Source: a virus (Duplodnaviria > Heunggongvirae > Uroviricota > Caudoviricetes). Taken from it: DNA of 64,000 nucleotides. Positions 10,282 through 20,046 of the stretch are shown piece after piece (within the stretch, counting starts at the first letter, position 1; each line of letters opens with the position of its first letter). Below the pieces are notes generated by a model, which ran no database searches, had not been told where the DNA came from, and saw only the letters and a list, made by a program, of their open reading frames with translations. A program made the position numbers and the translations under genes. The stretch is from the IMG/VR virus record IMGVR_UViG_3300021256_000063, positions 1 to 64,000 of that record; one strand, written 5' to 3'.

Positions 10282-10875
10282 TCAATCACCATGCCTTTCT
10301 GCATATCGCTTCCGAATCTTCTGAACTGTTGGTGTCAAATCTACAACAAACTCTTCCCACTCATCCTTGTCAGGAGACCACCGTCTATACCTACGTGTAA
10401 GCGGGAGAGTATGAGGAAACTGTTCTTTGCTAATCTGCTCCCAATATGCATCAGGGTCTTTATAATTCATCTTTTTAATGCATTCTTTACATACTGGCAT
10501 AATCCAACCGTCAGTACTAGGTACATCAAGTTCACCGCATGCTTCACAAATATAACCACTTATGACAGCATAATTCTCAATAATCTCATGGACTCTGCAC
10601 CTATCAGGACATCCGTTATCATACCAGCGCATTTCACCAAATTTGCTTTTAATCTGTGCAATACTGTATTCATCTGCAAAATTAAACTTTTCTAATTCTT
10701 CTTGAATTTCCTCACAAAGCAATTCCCCGAACGCTTTACGCCAGCCTTCAGACAATGCATCTAATTCAGTCCATGTATAATCATAGTCCTCAACTTTTTC
10801 ACCACTCCATTGATAATGTGGATAAAGCCAAGGATACTTTTTAATCAATGCTTTATTGTACTCAACATTATCCAT
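10282..10875 (-). CDS. Cys-rich hypothetical protein
   Basis: A GGGAGAAAAAG site precedes the internal Met (MDNVEY). Several CxxC-type pairs are present. Confidence 0.5.
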   Translation of the reverse strand: MDNVEYNKALIKKYPWLYPHYQWSGEKVEDYDYTWTELDALSEGWRKAFGELLCEEIQEELEKFNFADEYSIAQIKSKFGEMRWYDNGCPDRCRVHEIIENYAVISGYICEACGELDVPSTDGWIMPVCKECIKKMNYKDPDAYWEQISKEQFPHTLPLTRRYRRWSPDKDEWEEFVVDLTPTVQKIRKRYAERHGD

Positions 10876-11059
10876 TTCTTTTTCTCCCATACAACCCAAG
10901 AATCCACGCTCTGAACATCCCCTCTTCAACATCGTTACACCAATTAAGTCTATAGTCATGATAATACAGCCCAACCTGTTCACCCTTACGTCTTACCTCG
11001 TAATCTCCAGACTGCACACAAAAATCATAACCGTCCAGTTTCGTTTCAAACCAAGTCAT
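10868..11059 (-). CDS. small hypothetical protein
   Basis: 63 aa ORF between two genes. Confidence 0.35.
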   Translation of the reverse strand: MTWFETKLDGYDFCVQSGDYEVRRKGEQVGLYYHDYRLNWCNDVEEGMFRAWILGLYGRKRNG

Positions 11060-11397
11060 TCCTCAACCTCCACAGTGTATAATGGTTTTTTAAAATCATG
11101 TACAGACGTAAAATGTATATCTATATCTAAATATCGATTTGCTACAATTCTATATATCTTGTCTCCATGATGATTATAAGCACAATAATCATCTTGATTA
11201 ACTTCTATCTGTATATCAGGCTCAGCAATAACTTTAGAAGTAAATACCATACCATTCATTTTCAGTTTCAAATAAAATGGCTTATTCTCACTGACATCAA
11301 TAGCACTCATATCAAAATACGAAGTTCCACAATATGGACAAGTATTTAATTCTGTTTTGTATGGTGCCCCGCAATTAGGACAATTTCTCTGATTCAT
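11056..11397 (-). CDS. zinc-ribbon protein
   Basis: N-terminal CPNCG...CPYCG. Confidence 0.5.
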   Translation of the reverse strand: MNQRNCPNCGAPYKTELNTCPYCGTSYFDMSAIDVSENKPFYLKLKMNGMVFTSKVIAEPDIQIEVNQDDYCAYNHHGDKIYRIVANRYLDIDIHFTSVHDFKKPLYTVEVEE

Positions 11398-11406
11398 TTT
11401 TATTTC

Positions 11407-11664
11407 CTACTTAGCAATTAAATTTTTTTGTGGACATTTTTCTATACTCACATCGCAAAAAAGATATCTATGTGAATAACAACCATCAAGATAACTATAA
11501 TTACAATATGCGCATGGACTATTACTTAAAATAATTTTTAACCAAACAAGAGCATCAGGATAACAATAATCCGCACGTCTTAAAGCACTTATACAATCTT
11601 TAAGCTTTGCAGAAGTTTCTTCCCGCAACCTTTTAACCATTTCAGTTTTATCTTTTATTGTCAT
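11407..11664 (-). CDS. small Cys-rich protein
   Basis: 85 aa with 8 Cys. Confidence 0.45.
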   Translation of the reverse strand: MTIKDKTEMVKRLREETSAKLKDCISALRRADYCYPDALVWLKIILSNSPCAYCNYSYLDGCYSHRYLFCDVSIEKCPQKNLIAK

Positions 11665-11680
11665 AATTAATCGACCCTTT

Positions 11681-12592
11681 TCAACTGTTCATTTCACTAA
11701 CCTCTTTTTGAATCATCTGAAACATCTCGTCAACTGTTAATTCTCCAATAGGATAATGAATTTCAGAAAGACTACTTCTTGCAAATGTTCCGCTTACCAA
11801 ATCAATATAAAAAGTAACCGTTCCGTCTTCACCTGCATAATACAGTTCCCACTCTTCATCTGTAAGCTTATCTCTCATATGAAGCTGTTCAAGCGCCAAA
11901 TTATCAAAGGACACGACTTCAAATTTGTCAGCAAGTTCTACAATCCCAGACTCAAGCCATGCAATATTATCCAGAATCATTTGGTTATTATCCTTATAAT
12001 AAGGAAGACCACGACCTTTCTGCTTATATCCCAGAATAAGAATCTTCAAATCATGATCACCCAGAGCATCAATATCCTCAGGATTAATAACCCCAGCAAT
12101 TACATGGATGATAGCATTTGGAAATTCTTTGACGGCTTCAATGAATCCTTCCTGTGTGGGATCAACTAATGAAATCCCAATTCCTTTAATCAGTCCCATC
12201 TTCATAAGAAAACGCACAAACTGCCGACCGTAATCGCTCATAAAATGCTTCTGATTAATGGTGGCATTCACAAACACATTCTGTGCTTTCATGGTATACA
12301 GGAATTCCATCAAATCAGGTGGGGTAGGAAACTGAAGATTGATAGCAATCTCCGTATAAGGATGCATGGTATGCAAGAATCTCCAACTGGTCAAATCACC
12401 ATGCTTACCAGTAGGAGAGCAACCTGCATAACAAAACTCACACCCATTATCACAGCATTGTGAGATTTGTACATCACACGATTCCGCAAACTGGAAGTGA
12501 AAATCATCATCTTCTGTTACATGAATCTTTGTTCCATCATCGTAAATGGTAGTAATTGTATTACCATTCTGATATTGTGCTAACTCTTTCAT
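11681..12592 (-). CDS. radical SAM enzyme
   Basis: CDNGCEFCY (CxxxCxxC-aromatic) near the N-terminus; 303 aa; no SPASM-type extra Cys clusters. Confidence 0.75.
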   Translation of the reverse strand: MKELAQYQNGNTITTIYDDGTKIHVTEDDDFHFQFAESCDVQISQCCDNGCEFCYAGCSPTGKHGDLTSWRFLHTMHPYTEIAINLQFPTPPDLMEFLYTMKAQNVFVNATINQKHFMSDYGRQFVRFLMKMGLIKGIGISLVDPTQEGFIEAVKEFPNAIIHVIAGVINPEDIDALGDHDLKILILGYKQKGRGLPYYKDNNQMILDNIAWLESGIVELADKFEVVSFDNLALEQLHMRDKLTDEEWELYYAGEDGTVTFYIDLVSGTFARSSLSEIHYPIGELTVDEMFQMIQKEVSEMNS

Positions 12593-13626
12593 TTTTTATA
12601 CTCCTTAACCACTGCCCAGTTTGCCTCGGCAAGAAACTTATTAATCCTATCATAATCAGGATTTGCGGGAAGACTTGTATGTTCTTTCCAATATTGTAAC
12701 TTATTTTCTAAATCATCTACAATATCATAGAATTCTGCGACCGGATGATCTTCATCATCAAGATACTTACCATTCCTAATATCCATAAGAAAGTCATGCT
12801 CTTTCTCACGATAAGTAATAATCTCGCCTTTTTCAAGAATATCAAAACACATCAGATAAAGCCGAACCAGATGCATCATGTGCTTACCTAGCTTACCACG
12901 TTCAATTGCTTTACGATTCCTAGCCCCGATTTTTGCATACTCTTTAACAATCGCAAGCATCTCTGACCACATGGACTTATAATCACGAAGCGGATAGTGC
13001 TTCAAATTCACATCCATAAAAATCTCTGTGTCATAATCAGGATTTACTGCTTCATCAATATATAGCTTAATTGCGTCTTCTGGATGTTCAAAAAACTTTG
13101 CGGGGAATGTATATTTAGCATTTTCAATGCTGCGCAAAATAAACTCCTCACGCTTAGATTGCTCCATAGTTCTAGCAGCCCGATTCTCTAAACGTCTAAG
13201 CTGGCTTCCCGCATAACCTCCAAATGAATGGATGGCACGCTTAGAAAGAAACATATCTCTATTATCAATGAGCGCCTGACCGATATCTGTTACATAGAAA
13301 TACTGCCAAGGCTCAAGGCCAAGAATCTCAATTGTATTAGGATTACAATTAGAAAGAAGGTTCACAATCTTTTCAAGAGAATAAATAGTTGTATCAGTTT
13401 CCTCGTTAACCACCTGCTCAAATCCTTTACGGGTCAAAATGTCCTGAGCATTATGAGTAGCTACACCACGAATATCAATATCACTGTCTTCATTGTTAGT
13501 ACCATAGGCATAACTACCACCAAGTCCTAAAAGAACAATATTTCCCACAAGAGGCTCTTTGCCAAGAAAACTATAACGTTCATCAAAAGCCAACATATTA
13601 CCAATATCATCTCTGGTTTTAATCAT
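12589..13626 (-). CDS. Pol-beta superfamily nucleotidyltransferase (KNTase/LinB-like or CD-NTase-like) with a helical C-terminal domain
   Basis: GLGGSYAYGTNNEDSDIDIRGV fits the GS-x9-DxD pattern; 345 aa. Confidence 0.6.
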   Translation of the reverse strand: MIKTRDDIGNMLAFDERYSFLGKEPLVGNIVLLGLGGSYAYGTNNEDSDIDIRGVATHNAQDILTRKGFEQVVNEETDTTIYSLEKIVNLLSNCNPNTIEILGLEPWQYFYVTDIGQALIDNRDMFLSKRAIHSFGGYAGSQLRRLENRAARTMEQSKREEFILRSIENAKYTFPAKFFEHPEDAIKLYIDEAVNPDYDTEIFMDVNLKHYPLRDYKSMWSEMLAIVKEYAKIGARNRKAIERGKLGKHMMHLVRLYLMCFDILEKGEIITYREKEHDFLMDIRNGKYLDDEDHPVAEFYDIVDDLENKLQYWKEHTSLPANPDYDRINKFLAEANWAVVKEYKK

Positions 13627-14118
13627 TTAATCACACCCTGTCTCCAATCCAACGTACTTATTAAAAATAAACTCAACACATGCTTCAGAGTCCCAAAGGT
13701 TCACTATACAATTATCATCACACCAACCGCTACTCAGTTGCTGATGATCAAAATAATCATAGGACTCTTCCCATTTACATTCATCTACTTTAACGCCACG
13801 ACACAAAACGCCATTGTGTTCTGTTACATACTTGCCGAATGCTTCATTAAAATTATTGAAAACATATCCCTCATCTCTGATTTTTGCTTTATCAAAATCA
13901 TAATAAGCATACAACCATGTAACGATATATTTTAATTTTGTTTTCTGATTAAAGAACTGTTCTTCATCCTTGCCAAAATACTGATCCAAAGTAATATGCA
14001 CATAACCGTCTTCATGGATTTTCATGTGGCATTTCTCTAATCCTTTTTTATTGAAACAGAAACTATGCACACTACTGCTATTTGTTTCCCACACACTTAA
14101 CCTAATCTGCTTTCTCAT
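13627..14118 (-). CDS. hypothetical protein, WETNSSS-motif family, paralog 1
   Basis: N-terminal IRLSVWETNSSSVHSF is shared with the next gene. Confidence 0.5.
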   Translation of the reverse strand: MRKQIRLSVWETNSSSVHSFCFNKKGLEKCHMKIHEDGYVHITLDQYFGKDEEQFFNQKTKLKYIVTWLYAYYDFDKAKIRDEGYVFNNFNEAFGKYVTEHNGVLCRGVKVDECKWEESYDYFDHQQLSSGWCDDNCIVNLWDSEACVEFIFNKYVGLETGCD

Positions 14119-14882
14119 GACTTCACCTTCTTCTCATAAGACTTGCTAACAGAATACAAGACCTGAATCGCATCCTTATCTACAAGGCCAGCGTCCATCA
14201 TAGTGCCAAAGATACAAGTCTCATCACCATCTACTACGACCACGATATCCTTACGAATCAAATACTCTTCAATAGTAATTCCATACTTCCTAAGAAACAT
14301 CTGGAACAAGCCCATGGATTGATGATCGATACTACCAAATTTCGGCACTTCCAGATAAATCCCCATCTGCTTACGACCAGACTTACAAACTTCCTTATAA
14401 CGCCCATACTCTTTGGTCTCATCGTAGACCAAATCCTCGTAAGGAACTTCCTCATAAGTCTCGTAATCCTGCTCAACATCATCTGTTACAGTATCACTGT
14501 AAACTCTAAAGAACTCAGATTCCATTGGCATTTCAACCTCATCCACACCAGCCAACTTTTTTAATATCGGCTCAAAGGTGTACATAAACTCATTGCCAGC
14601 CTTAATATAAGTCTTTAAGTTATAGCAGTTTCCAAGCATGGCAGCCATTGCATAAGACAACTTATCCCTAAATGACGTAAGCACCCTGAATTCTCTACCA
14701 AAATCGTTGTCCCAAGAATCCAATCGAAGAATGTTTCCACGCTCCTCGTTCCAATCTTCATCAAGATAGAACTCATCCCTGATCTCTGCCTGAGTCATTG
14801 TCTGACGCTTTTTCATAATTAATAGGCTATGCATGGACGAAGAGTTCGTCTCCCAAGCGCCATTTCTTACCTGAATCTTCAT
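14115..14882 (-). CDS. hypothetical protein, WETNSSS-motif family, paralog 2
   Basis: N-terminal MKIQVRNGAWETNSSSMHSL. Confidence 0.5.
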   Translation of the reverse strand: MKIQVRNGAWETNSSSMHSLLIMKKRQTMTQAEIRDEFYLDEDWNEERGNILRLDSWDNDFGREFRVLTSFRDKLSYAMAAMLGNCYNLKTYIKAGNEFMYTFEPILKKLAGVDEVEMPMESEFFRVYSDTVTDDVEQDYETYEEVPYEDLVYDETKEYGRYKEVCKSGRKQMGIYLEVPKFGSIDHQSMGLFQMFLRKYGITIEEYLIRKDIVVVVDGDETCIFGTMMDAGLVDKDAIQVLYSVSKSYEKKVKS

Positions 14883-15064
14883 AACATATGTCTCCTTTTA
14901 ATCAACCATTCATATTTCATCCATCTAACTACAATTACATCACGACAGAGATAAAAGCGTGGTCGGATAGACCACAATATCCTGTCAAGTTCTTTGTACA
15001 ATCTGTTCATACAATCACCTCACATTTAATTATATTCTATCAAACCACGCTTATTTGTCAAGCT

Positions 15065-15451
15065 TTAATTATCACTTGCGTCAATCTTTTTATTACGTTT
15101 CTTAGTCTTCATCTCTTCCTTACGTGCCTCAGCGTATTCACGGTCAAGATCACGCTGAAGACGTCCAAACACCTTTGCGTAATGCCGATACTCGTTAGGG
15201 TCTCTGTGTTCCTTTTCAGCACGCTTTGCGCGCTCAGTCAGCCACGCCCTAGAATCCTTTTCATATGGATTCTTCTGATAAGTATATGTCTTACCCTCTT
15301 CACGGCGCTTTGCAAAATATGCAAGTTGCTTTTCGTGGCGTTCCTGCTTCTTTACCTTGTTAACTTCACGCTGTCCACTTGCTTTATAATTCTTGCACCA
15401 TTCTTTATGCTTACCATGTTTATCCTTAGCCATTTGATCTAACCTCCTCAA
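15065..15451 (-). CDS. highly charged (K/R/E-rich) protein
   Basis: 128 aa ORF. Confidence 0.45.
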   Translation of the reverse strand: MRRLDQMAKDKHGKHKEWCKNYKASGQREVNKVKKQERHEKQLAYFAKRREEGKTYTYQKNPYEKDSRAWLTERAKRAEKEHRDPNEYRHYAKVFGRLQRDLDREYAEARKEEMKTKKRNKKIDASDN

Positions 15452-15504
15452 TTACTGGTGTCACTTCGGGCGCATAATTATAACTCTTGCGCTCAAATTT
15501 CATA

Positions 15505-16467
15505 TTAATCACCTTCCTCTGTTGTAAGATTACGTGTGTCTACAATAGGAGTGGAACCACCCTGAATCTGAGGAACAGTACCATTCCACTTTTCAATTTT
15601 CTCTTTCTCAATAAGTTCTGGAGTCAACGAACCAGCAACTTTCTTGTTGGCCTCTGCCTCAGCTTCAGCAGCGATTCTCTTAGCTTCTGCATCACCCTCA
15701 GCTTTAATCTTTGCCTTTTCTGCATTAATCTTGGCTGTCTCTTTATCTTTCTCGGCATTAATAAGCGCAACTTCCTTTTCTTTTTCAGCATCTACGGAAG
15801 CTGTCTGCTTATTAATCTTGGCGACTTCCAAATCCTGCTGAGCCTGAATCTTCTTCTGAATTGCCTTATCTGTTTCCTCGTCTACATTGACATCAATCAG
15901 TGACGCACTCTCGATGATAATCCCATAAGGCTCAAATTTCTCTTTCAGATATTCAGTAAGAGCAATATTAACCGCACCACGCTGTTCACCGATGATCTCT
16001 GTCATATAATATCTGGGCGTGACTTCCTTAGTCCAAGACATTACATTTGGTCTAATAAATGTACGGAGTACTTCCTTACCAGAACGACCCTTGAACCTTG
16101 TAAAGATTTCAGCGACCCGTTCAGGATCATACCTGTAAGTAAATGTCTCATCAACCCTCAGACCTTTACCATCCTTCGAAGGAGCCTCAAAGCTATCATC
16201 GCCCTCAGAATCCCCATCGTCTCCAGCAGTAAGATAAGACTGCTCAATACCAATAGAATACAGTGTAATCTGTTTAGTAGGTGAAACAACATGCCATCCC
16301 TGAGACAAAACCTCGTCATCAATACCACCATTCATCTTATACACGACACCTACATAGCCCGCAGGAATCCTCTCTGTACATTTGAAACAACAAATAACCA
16401 CAAGGGCAATTACAATAGCCGAAAAAACGCCACCAACAATACCTTTCATCTCTTTACTCCTTTTCAT
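15505..16467 (-). CDS. SPFH/band-7 (stomatin/prohibitin-like) membrane protein
   Basis: N-terminal transmembrane segment, an SPFH core (GYVGVVYK...IIIESASLIDVN) and a C-terminal A/E/K coiled coil. Confidence 0.75.
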   Translation of the reverse strand: MKRSKEMKGIVGGVFSAIVIALVVICCFKCTERIPAGYVGVVYKMNGGIDDEVLSQGWHVVSPTKQITLYSIGIEQSYLTAGDDGDSEGDDSFEAPSKDGKGLRVDETFTYRYDPERVAEIFTRFKGRSGKEVLRTFIRPNVMSWTKEVTPRYYMTEIIGEQRGAVNIALTEYLKEKFEPYGIIIESASLIDVNVDEETDKAIQKKIQAQQDLEVAKINKQTASVDAEKEKEVALINAEKDKETAKINAEKAKIKAEGDAEAKRIAAEAEAEANKKVAGSLTPELIEKEKIEKWNGTVPQIQGGSTPIVDTRNLTTEEGD

Positions 16468-16590
16468 TCAAACTTCTCTTAATATCATTCCACATATCTA
16501 AAAGCACATCTCCAATGATTGGGAAGAAAATATTTAGTGCTCCCCAAAGAAAGATGGCAAATAGAATCACTAAAAATATAAATACAGGAT

Positions 16591-16878
16591 TCATTCGTTA
16601 TTCCCTTTATTCATTTTATTCCAATCTTCCAATAACTGCCCGTTTAAATCATATATATAAAAGAACCGATTCCAACTACCGAAATCAACTATCCACAATG
16701 GCTTACCCAATGGAGTCTTGTCACAAAGCCAACGCCTATAGCCATATTGGTCATAATTGTTATCGTCTAAATATCTATTACAAAGCGCAAATAATTCTTC
16801 TTGTGTATCCGCTTCACCATAATATTCCATTGTCTGGTCTCTGGTATTATATGCGTTACTTCCTATTAATAATATCAC
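16591..16878 (-). CDS. hypothetical protein
   Basis: 95 aa ORF. Confidence 0.4.
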   Translation of the reverse strand: MILLIGSNAYNTRDQTMEYYGEADTQEELFALCNRYLDDNNYDQYGYRRWLCDKTPLGKPLWIVDFGSWNRFFYIYDLNGQLLEDWNKMNKGNNE

Positions 16879-17369
16879 TTAATCCTCAGCCCCCTTGTCT
16901 GTACCAGATGAGCGACCCCATCCAGATTAATCCCAGCTTTTAAATCTTTCTTCATAAGTTCCTTATCAACCTTTGGCTCAACTGGTTTAAGATACCTCTC
17001 AGGGATTTTATCAATGTCCACTTCAACCGCCACACTTGGAGGATTGCTCTGTACATTGAAAGAGAAGAGTTCTGTCTTAAACTTTGTCTTACCAGTAGTC
17101 TCCATAGCGCCCTGAAGCGATTTCTTCATCCGATTAATCTTATTCTCAATAAACTTCTTCTTTTCCGTAAAACGCTTCGCCTCAGCACCACATGCCTCAG
17201 CATCATGTTCAAGCTGTCGAATTACTTTTGCGTAACCATCGGCTTTAATCTCAATCTCGCCCTCAATTCCTTCAAGAGTGTCCATAAAGACATCCTCTTC
17301 AATATCTGGGTCTTCAGCCATTTCCATGAGCATCAACCAATCGTTTGTCAGTTCATATAATGTACTCAC
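16875..17369 (-). CDS. Siphovirus Gp157-like protein
   Basis: MSTLYELTNDWLMLMEMAED...TLEGIEGEIEIKADGYAKV resembles the Gp157 family. Confidence 0.5.
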   Translation of the reverse strand: MSTLYELTNDWLMLMEMAEDPDIEEDVFMDTLEGIEGEIEIKADGYAKVIRQLEHDAEACGAEAKRFTEKKKFIENKINRMKKSLQGAMETTGKTKFKTELFSFNVQSNPPSVAVEVDIDKIPERYLKPVEPKVDKELMKKDLKAGINLDGVAHLVQTRGLRIK

Positions 17370-17529
17370 GTATCATCACCCTCTTTCAATGTTGCTTCAT
17401 CCGCAATCTTACGAATATATACTTCCTGTTCCAGAGCCTCAATCCTATCATGCAGCGACCACATTTCAGCGCCAAAAATAATATCAATTACAAACAGAAT
17501 AATTACAGCAATCTTCATTTTATATCTCC

Positions 17530-17757
17530 TTATTTAATAATAATGTGTTTATCGGGATGCTCCATAATATATTGAATCTTGTCTTCCTGACGAATGCGCT
17601 TACAATCATAAATCGTCAGCCATGTAATTGTTTCTTTGAATTTACTCTTTGCTTTACGCCGATTTGGTGCCAGAACGTAGTAAACTGGTTTATTCTCATT
17701 GTTTGGTCGATAATCAGCTGTGATAGCGAAGAGGCATTGGTCTTCATATTTAGCCAT
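17530..17757 (-). CDS. hypothetical protein
   Basis: 75 aa ORF. Confidence 0.4.
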   Translation of the reverse strand: MAKYEDQCLFAITADYRPNNENKPVYYVLAPNRRKAKSKFKETITWLTIYDCKRIRQEDKIQYIMEHPDKHIIIK

Positions 17758-18372
17758 TTAAATGTCCTCGTTAATAATGTTCATCTGACAAGATTTCATA
17801 GTCATTAATGCTGCTCTATGAAGTTCTGGAGTAGTACCAGCGCAACACGATGCATCAATAGTGATTTCAGCTTCAGGGAATGCTTGACGAATTGCGAATG
17901 CGTTAGAGACCACACAGATATCTGTACAAACACCTATGAATTCAAATTCAAGGTCTTCTCCCTTATAATCAAGAGGAACATACATATCCAAAAATGAATT
18001 CAAAAGATTAACCACCGTTCTCCAAACATTCCCCTCAATTGCGAAATTTTCTTTAACAATAGTATTATATCCTTCTTTTCCTTTAATCCATGGATGACGT
18101 CCAGTCGCATGAACAGTATCTAAAATATCATTCACGATATTCCACCCTCTATCACTTTGGCAATGTGGAATTGGTAAATAACGTCCTTCTCTTGTTTGCG
18201 AATACTCATCTTCGTCATGCATATCCATCGTAAAAATTAAACGGTCATAATCTTTAACCTTAATCTTCTCAACAACCTTTGGCACAATCACCTGTGCTTC
18301 TGGAGTACCAAGGATGCCAGTGATAAAATCGTTTTGCATATCAATTACCATTAGAATTTTCGTTTTGTTCAT
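17758..18372 (-). CDS. isochorismatase-family cysteine hydrolase, nicotinamidase PncA-like
   Basis: VIDMQNDF at the N-terminus and the catalytic Cys context GVCTDICVVSNA. Confidence 0.7.
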   Translation of the reverse strand: MNKTKILMVIDMQNDFITGILGTPEAQVIVPKVVEKIKVKDYDRLIFTMDMHDEDEYSQTREGRYLPIPHCQSDRGWNIVNDILDTVHATGRHPWIKGKEGYNTIVKENFAIEGNVWRTVVNLLNSFLDMYVPLDYKGEDLEFEFIGVCTDICVVSNAFAIRQAFPEAEITIDASCCAGTTPELHRAALMTMKSCQMNIINEDI

Positions 18373-18389
18373 TTTTAATTATACCTCAT

Positions 18390-19481
18390 TTAACTTGCAT
18401 TTGCCCATTGCCATCCAAAACCACCGCATTTTCTCCTTATACCATCACATACCTTCCTAATATTTCTTTGTGCGGCTTCAGCACTTTGTCCGGTTTCTTC
18501 TGCTACATTGCGCCCAGCATCTGCTATAGAATTAAATGTGCAAATATAACTACCGTTTATATCATATTTATTAACAGGACGCAACATACCAGAATAGTCA
18601 TCTTTTGATAACGTTGGTGGTTTTTTATCTTTAGTCCACAGAAAGCCACAAGCACTTTGAACTTCACCTCTTAAACATTGATATATACGATGTCTTGCGC
18701 CTGTATCATTAGTTTCTGTACCTAAATACAGTCTATGCACGGCTTCTCTAACATCATCATAAACTCCAATTAATTGTTTGGTATGTACATCCCAACAATA
18801 CACAATTCCATCATATGGCATCATTTGTTTAATACTGGCCTTATACTTTTTTCGTATTATATTATTTATCCCTTTTATTTCTGATTCAGGGATATCATTT
18901 CCATGTGTATCTTTATGATACCGAAATATATATTTACTAGCTCTTAATTGCCGACCTTTAACTACTTTTAATATATTAGTTTTTTTAACGCCAGTTATAT
19001 CTTGTGCTTCATTATATGTCATTGCCGTACCAAGGTATTTACCATTTAAATCAAAGTAATCTATTGGAGTTCTTTTAGCTAAATTATGTTTATTATTTCT
19101 TAATTTTTCTTTATGATCTTCTGATAGAGGAACACCAACATGTGAATAACCACCATCATCTCGATTATATCCATAAGAAGGATGTTGCCATCTGTTTAAA
19201 TTAGTTTTATATTTTTTAATATAATAGCGTTCTCGTTTACAGGCTTGTTCAAAAGAAAGTTTTTCTTCCAAAATAATATGTTTAAAATTATCCCAACCAT
19301 ATTTTTTTATTGCCCTATAAAATACAGTTTGAGTATGATATCCCTCTCCATTTGCCCATCTAACTTCAGGCTTTAATGACGTTATACCAATATACCTCTT
19401 ATCATTGGGGGCTACATGCATATAAACACAATACAACACATCCAAATAATTTTTCCATGTCTTTTTGGTATCTTCTAACAT
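18390..19481 (-). CDS. GIY-YIG homing endonuclease with NUMOD-like repeats
   Basis: VYMHVAPNDKRYIGITS...RWANG matches the GIY-YIG module. SEDHKEKLRNNKHN is NUMOD3-like. Confidence 0.75.
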   Translation of the reverse strand: MLEDTKKTWKNYLDVLYCVYMHVAPNDKRYIGITSLKPEVRWANGEGYHTQTVFYRAIKKYGWDNFKHIILEEKLSFEQACKRERYYIKKYKTNLNRWQHPSYGYNRDDGGYSHVGVPLSEDHKEKLRNNKHNLAKRTPIDYFDLNGKYLGTAMTYNEAQDITGVKKTNILKVVKGRQLRASKYIFRYHKDTHGNDIPESEIKGINNIIRKKYKASIKQMMPYDGIVYCWDVHTKQLIGVYDDVREAVHRLYLGTETNDTGARHRIYQCLRGEVQSACGFLWTKDKKPPTLSKDDYSGMLRPVNKYDINGSYICTFNSIADAGRNVAEETGQSAEAAQRNIRKVCDGIRRKCGGFGWQWANAS

Positions 19482-19756
19482 TATTCCCCCACAATCTCAT
19501 TCCAAATCTCTACATACTCATCACCAAGTTGATGACAGAACTGGCTCAACAGATATTCTTCCTCAGTATATCTGCTTTCCCAACGCTTCAGATTCTCTAA
19601 CCAGTTAGTCATAGAATCAGAAGCACGAACCCCTACCGTATAATTGTTAGCAGCGTGCTGAAAAGAATCACAGGCATACTTATAACAATGTTTAACACTA
19701 AGCAAATCATAGCACTTGCTTTTAATAAACGCTTTAAGTCTTTCTTCGTTAATCAT
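19481..19756 (-). CDS. hypothetical protein
   Basis: 91 aa ORF. Confidence 0.4.
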   Translation of the reverse strand: MINEERLKAFIKSKCYDLLSVKHCYKYACDSFQHAANNYTVGVRASDSMTNWLENLKRWESRYTEEEYLLSQFCHQLGDEYVEIWNEIVGE

Positions 19757-19760
19757 TTAA

Positions 19761-19970
19761 TTACCGTATGCCTTTCTTCTTTTTATAAAGCCGATTAAGT
19801 TCCTGCTCATACATTTTTCTCTCCATCGGAGATTTACTGTACTTAATACGTTTTTTTAAGTCAGATATCGAATATTCGATATCAGGTGGCTTGAGCGCTT
19901 CCTTAATGTCCTTGAGGTTTGCATTAGTGTCTTCCAGTGTCTGAATCAAGTTTTTCATTTCGGTTTCCAT
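19761..19970 (-). CDS. hypothetical coiled-coil protein
   Basis: 69 aa ORF. Confidence 0.4.
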   Translation of the reverse strand: METEMKNLIQTLEDTNANLKDIKEALKPPDIEYSISDLKKRIKYSKSPMERKMYEQELNRLYKKKKGIR

Positions 19971-20046
19971 GTTGTTAATACCTCGTGTTTAATTATCAAC
20001 TGTCAAAAACTATTATAGCGGGTTATGTAATAAAGTCAAGCATTTT

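Noticed and set aside
11407-12592. Radical SAM plus neighbouring Cys-rich small proteins as a RiPP (sactipeptide or ranthipeptide) cluster.
   Set aside because: The radical SAM protein lacks the C-terminal SPASM/twitch Cys clusters. The Cys-rich ORFs look like zinc ribbons rather than leader-core peptides. This is kept only as a remote alternative.
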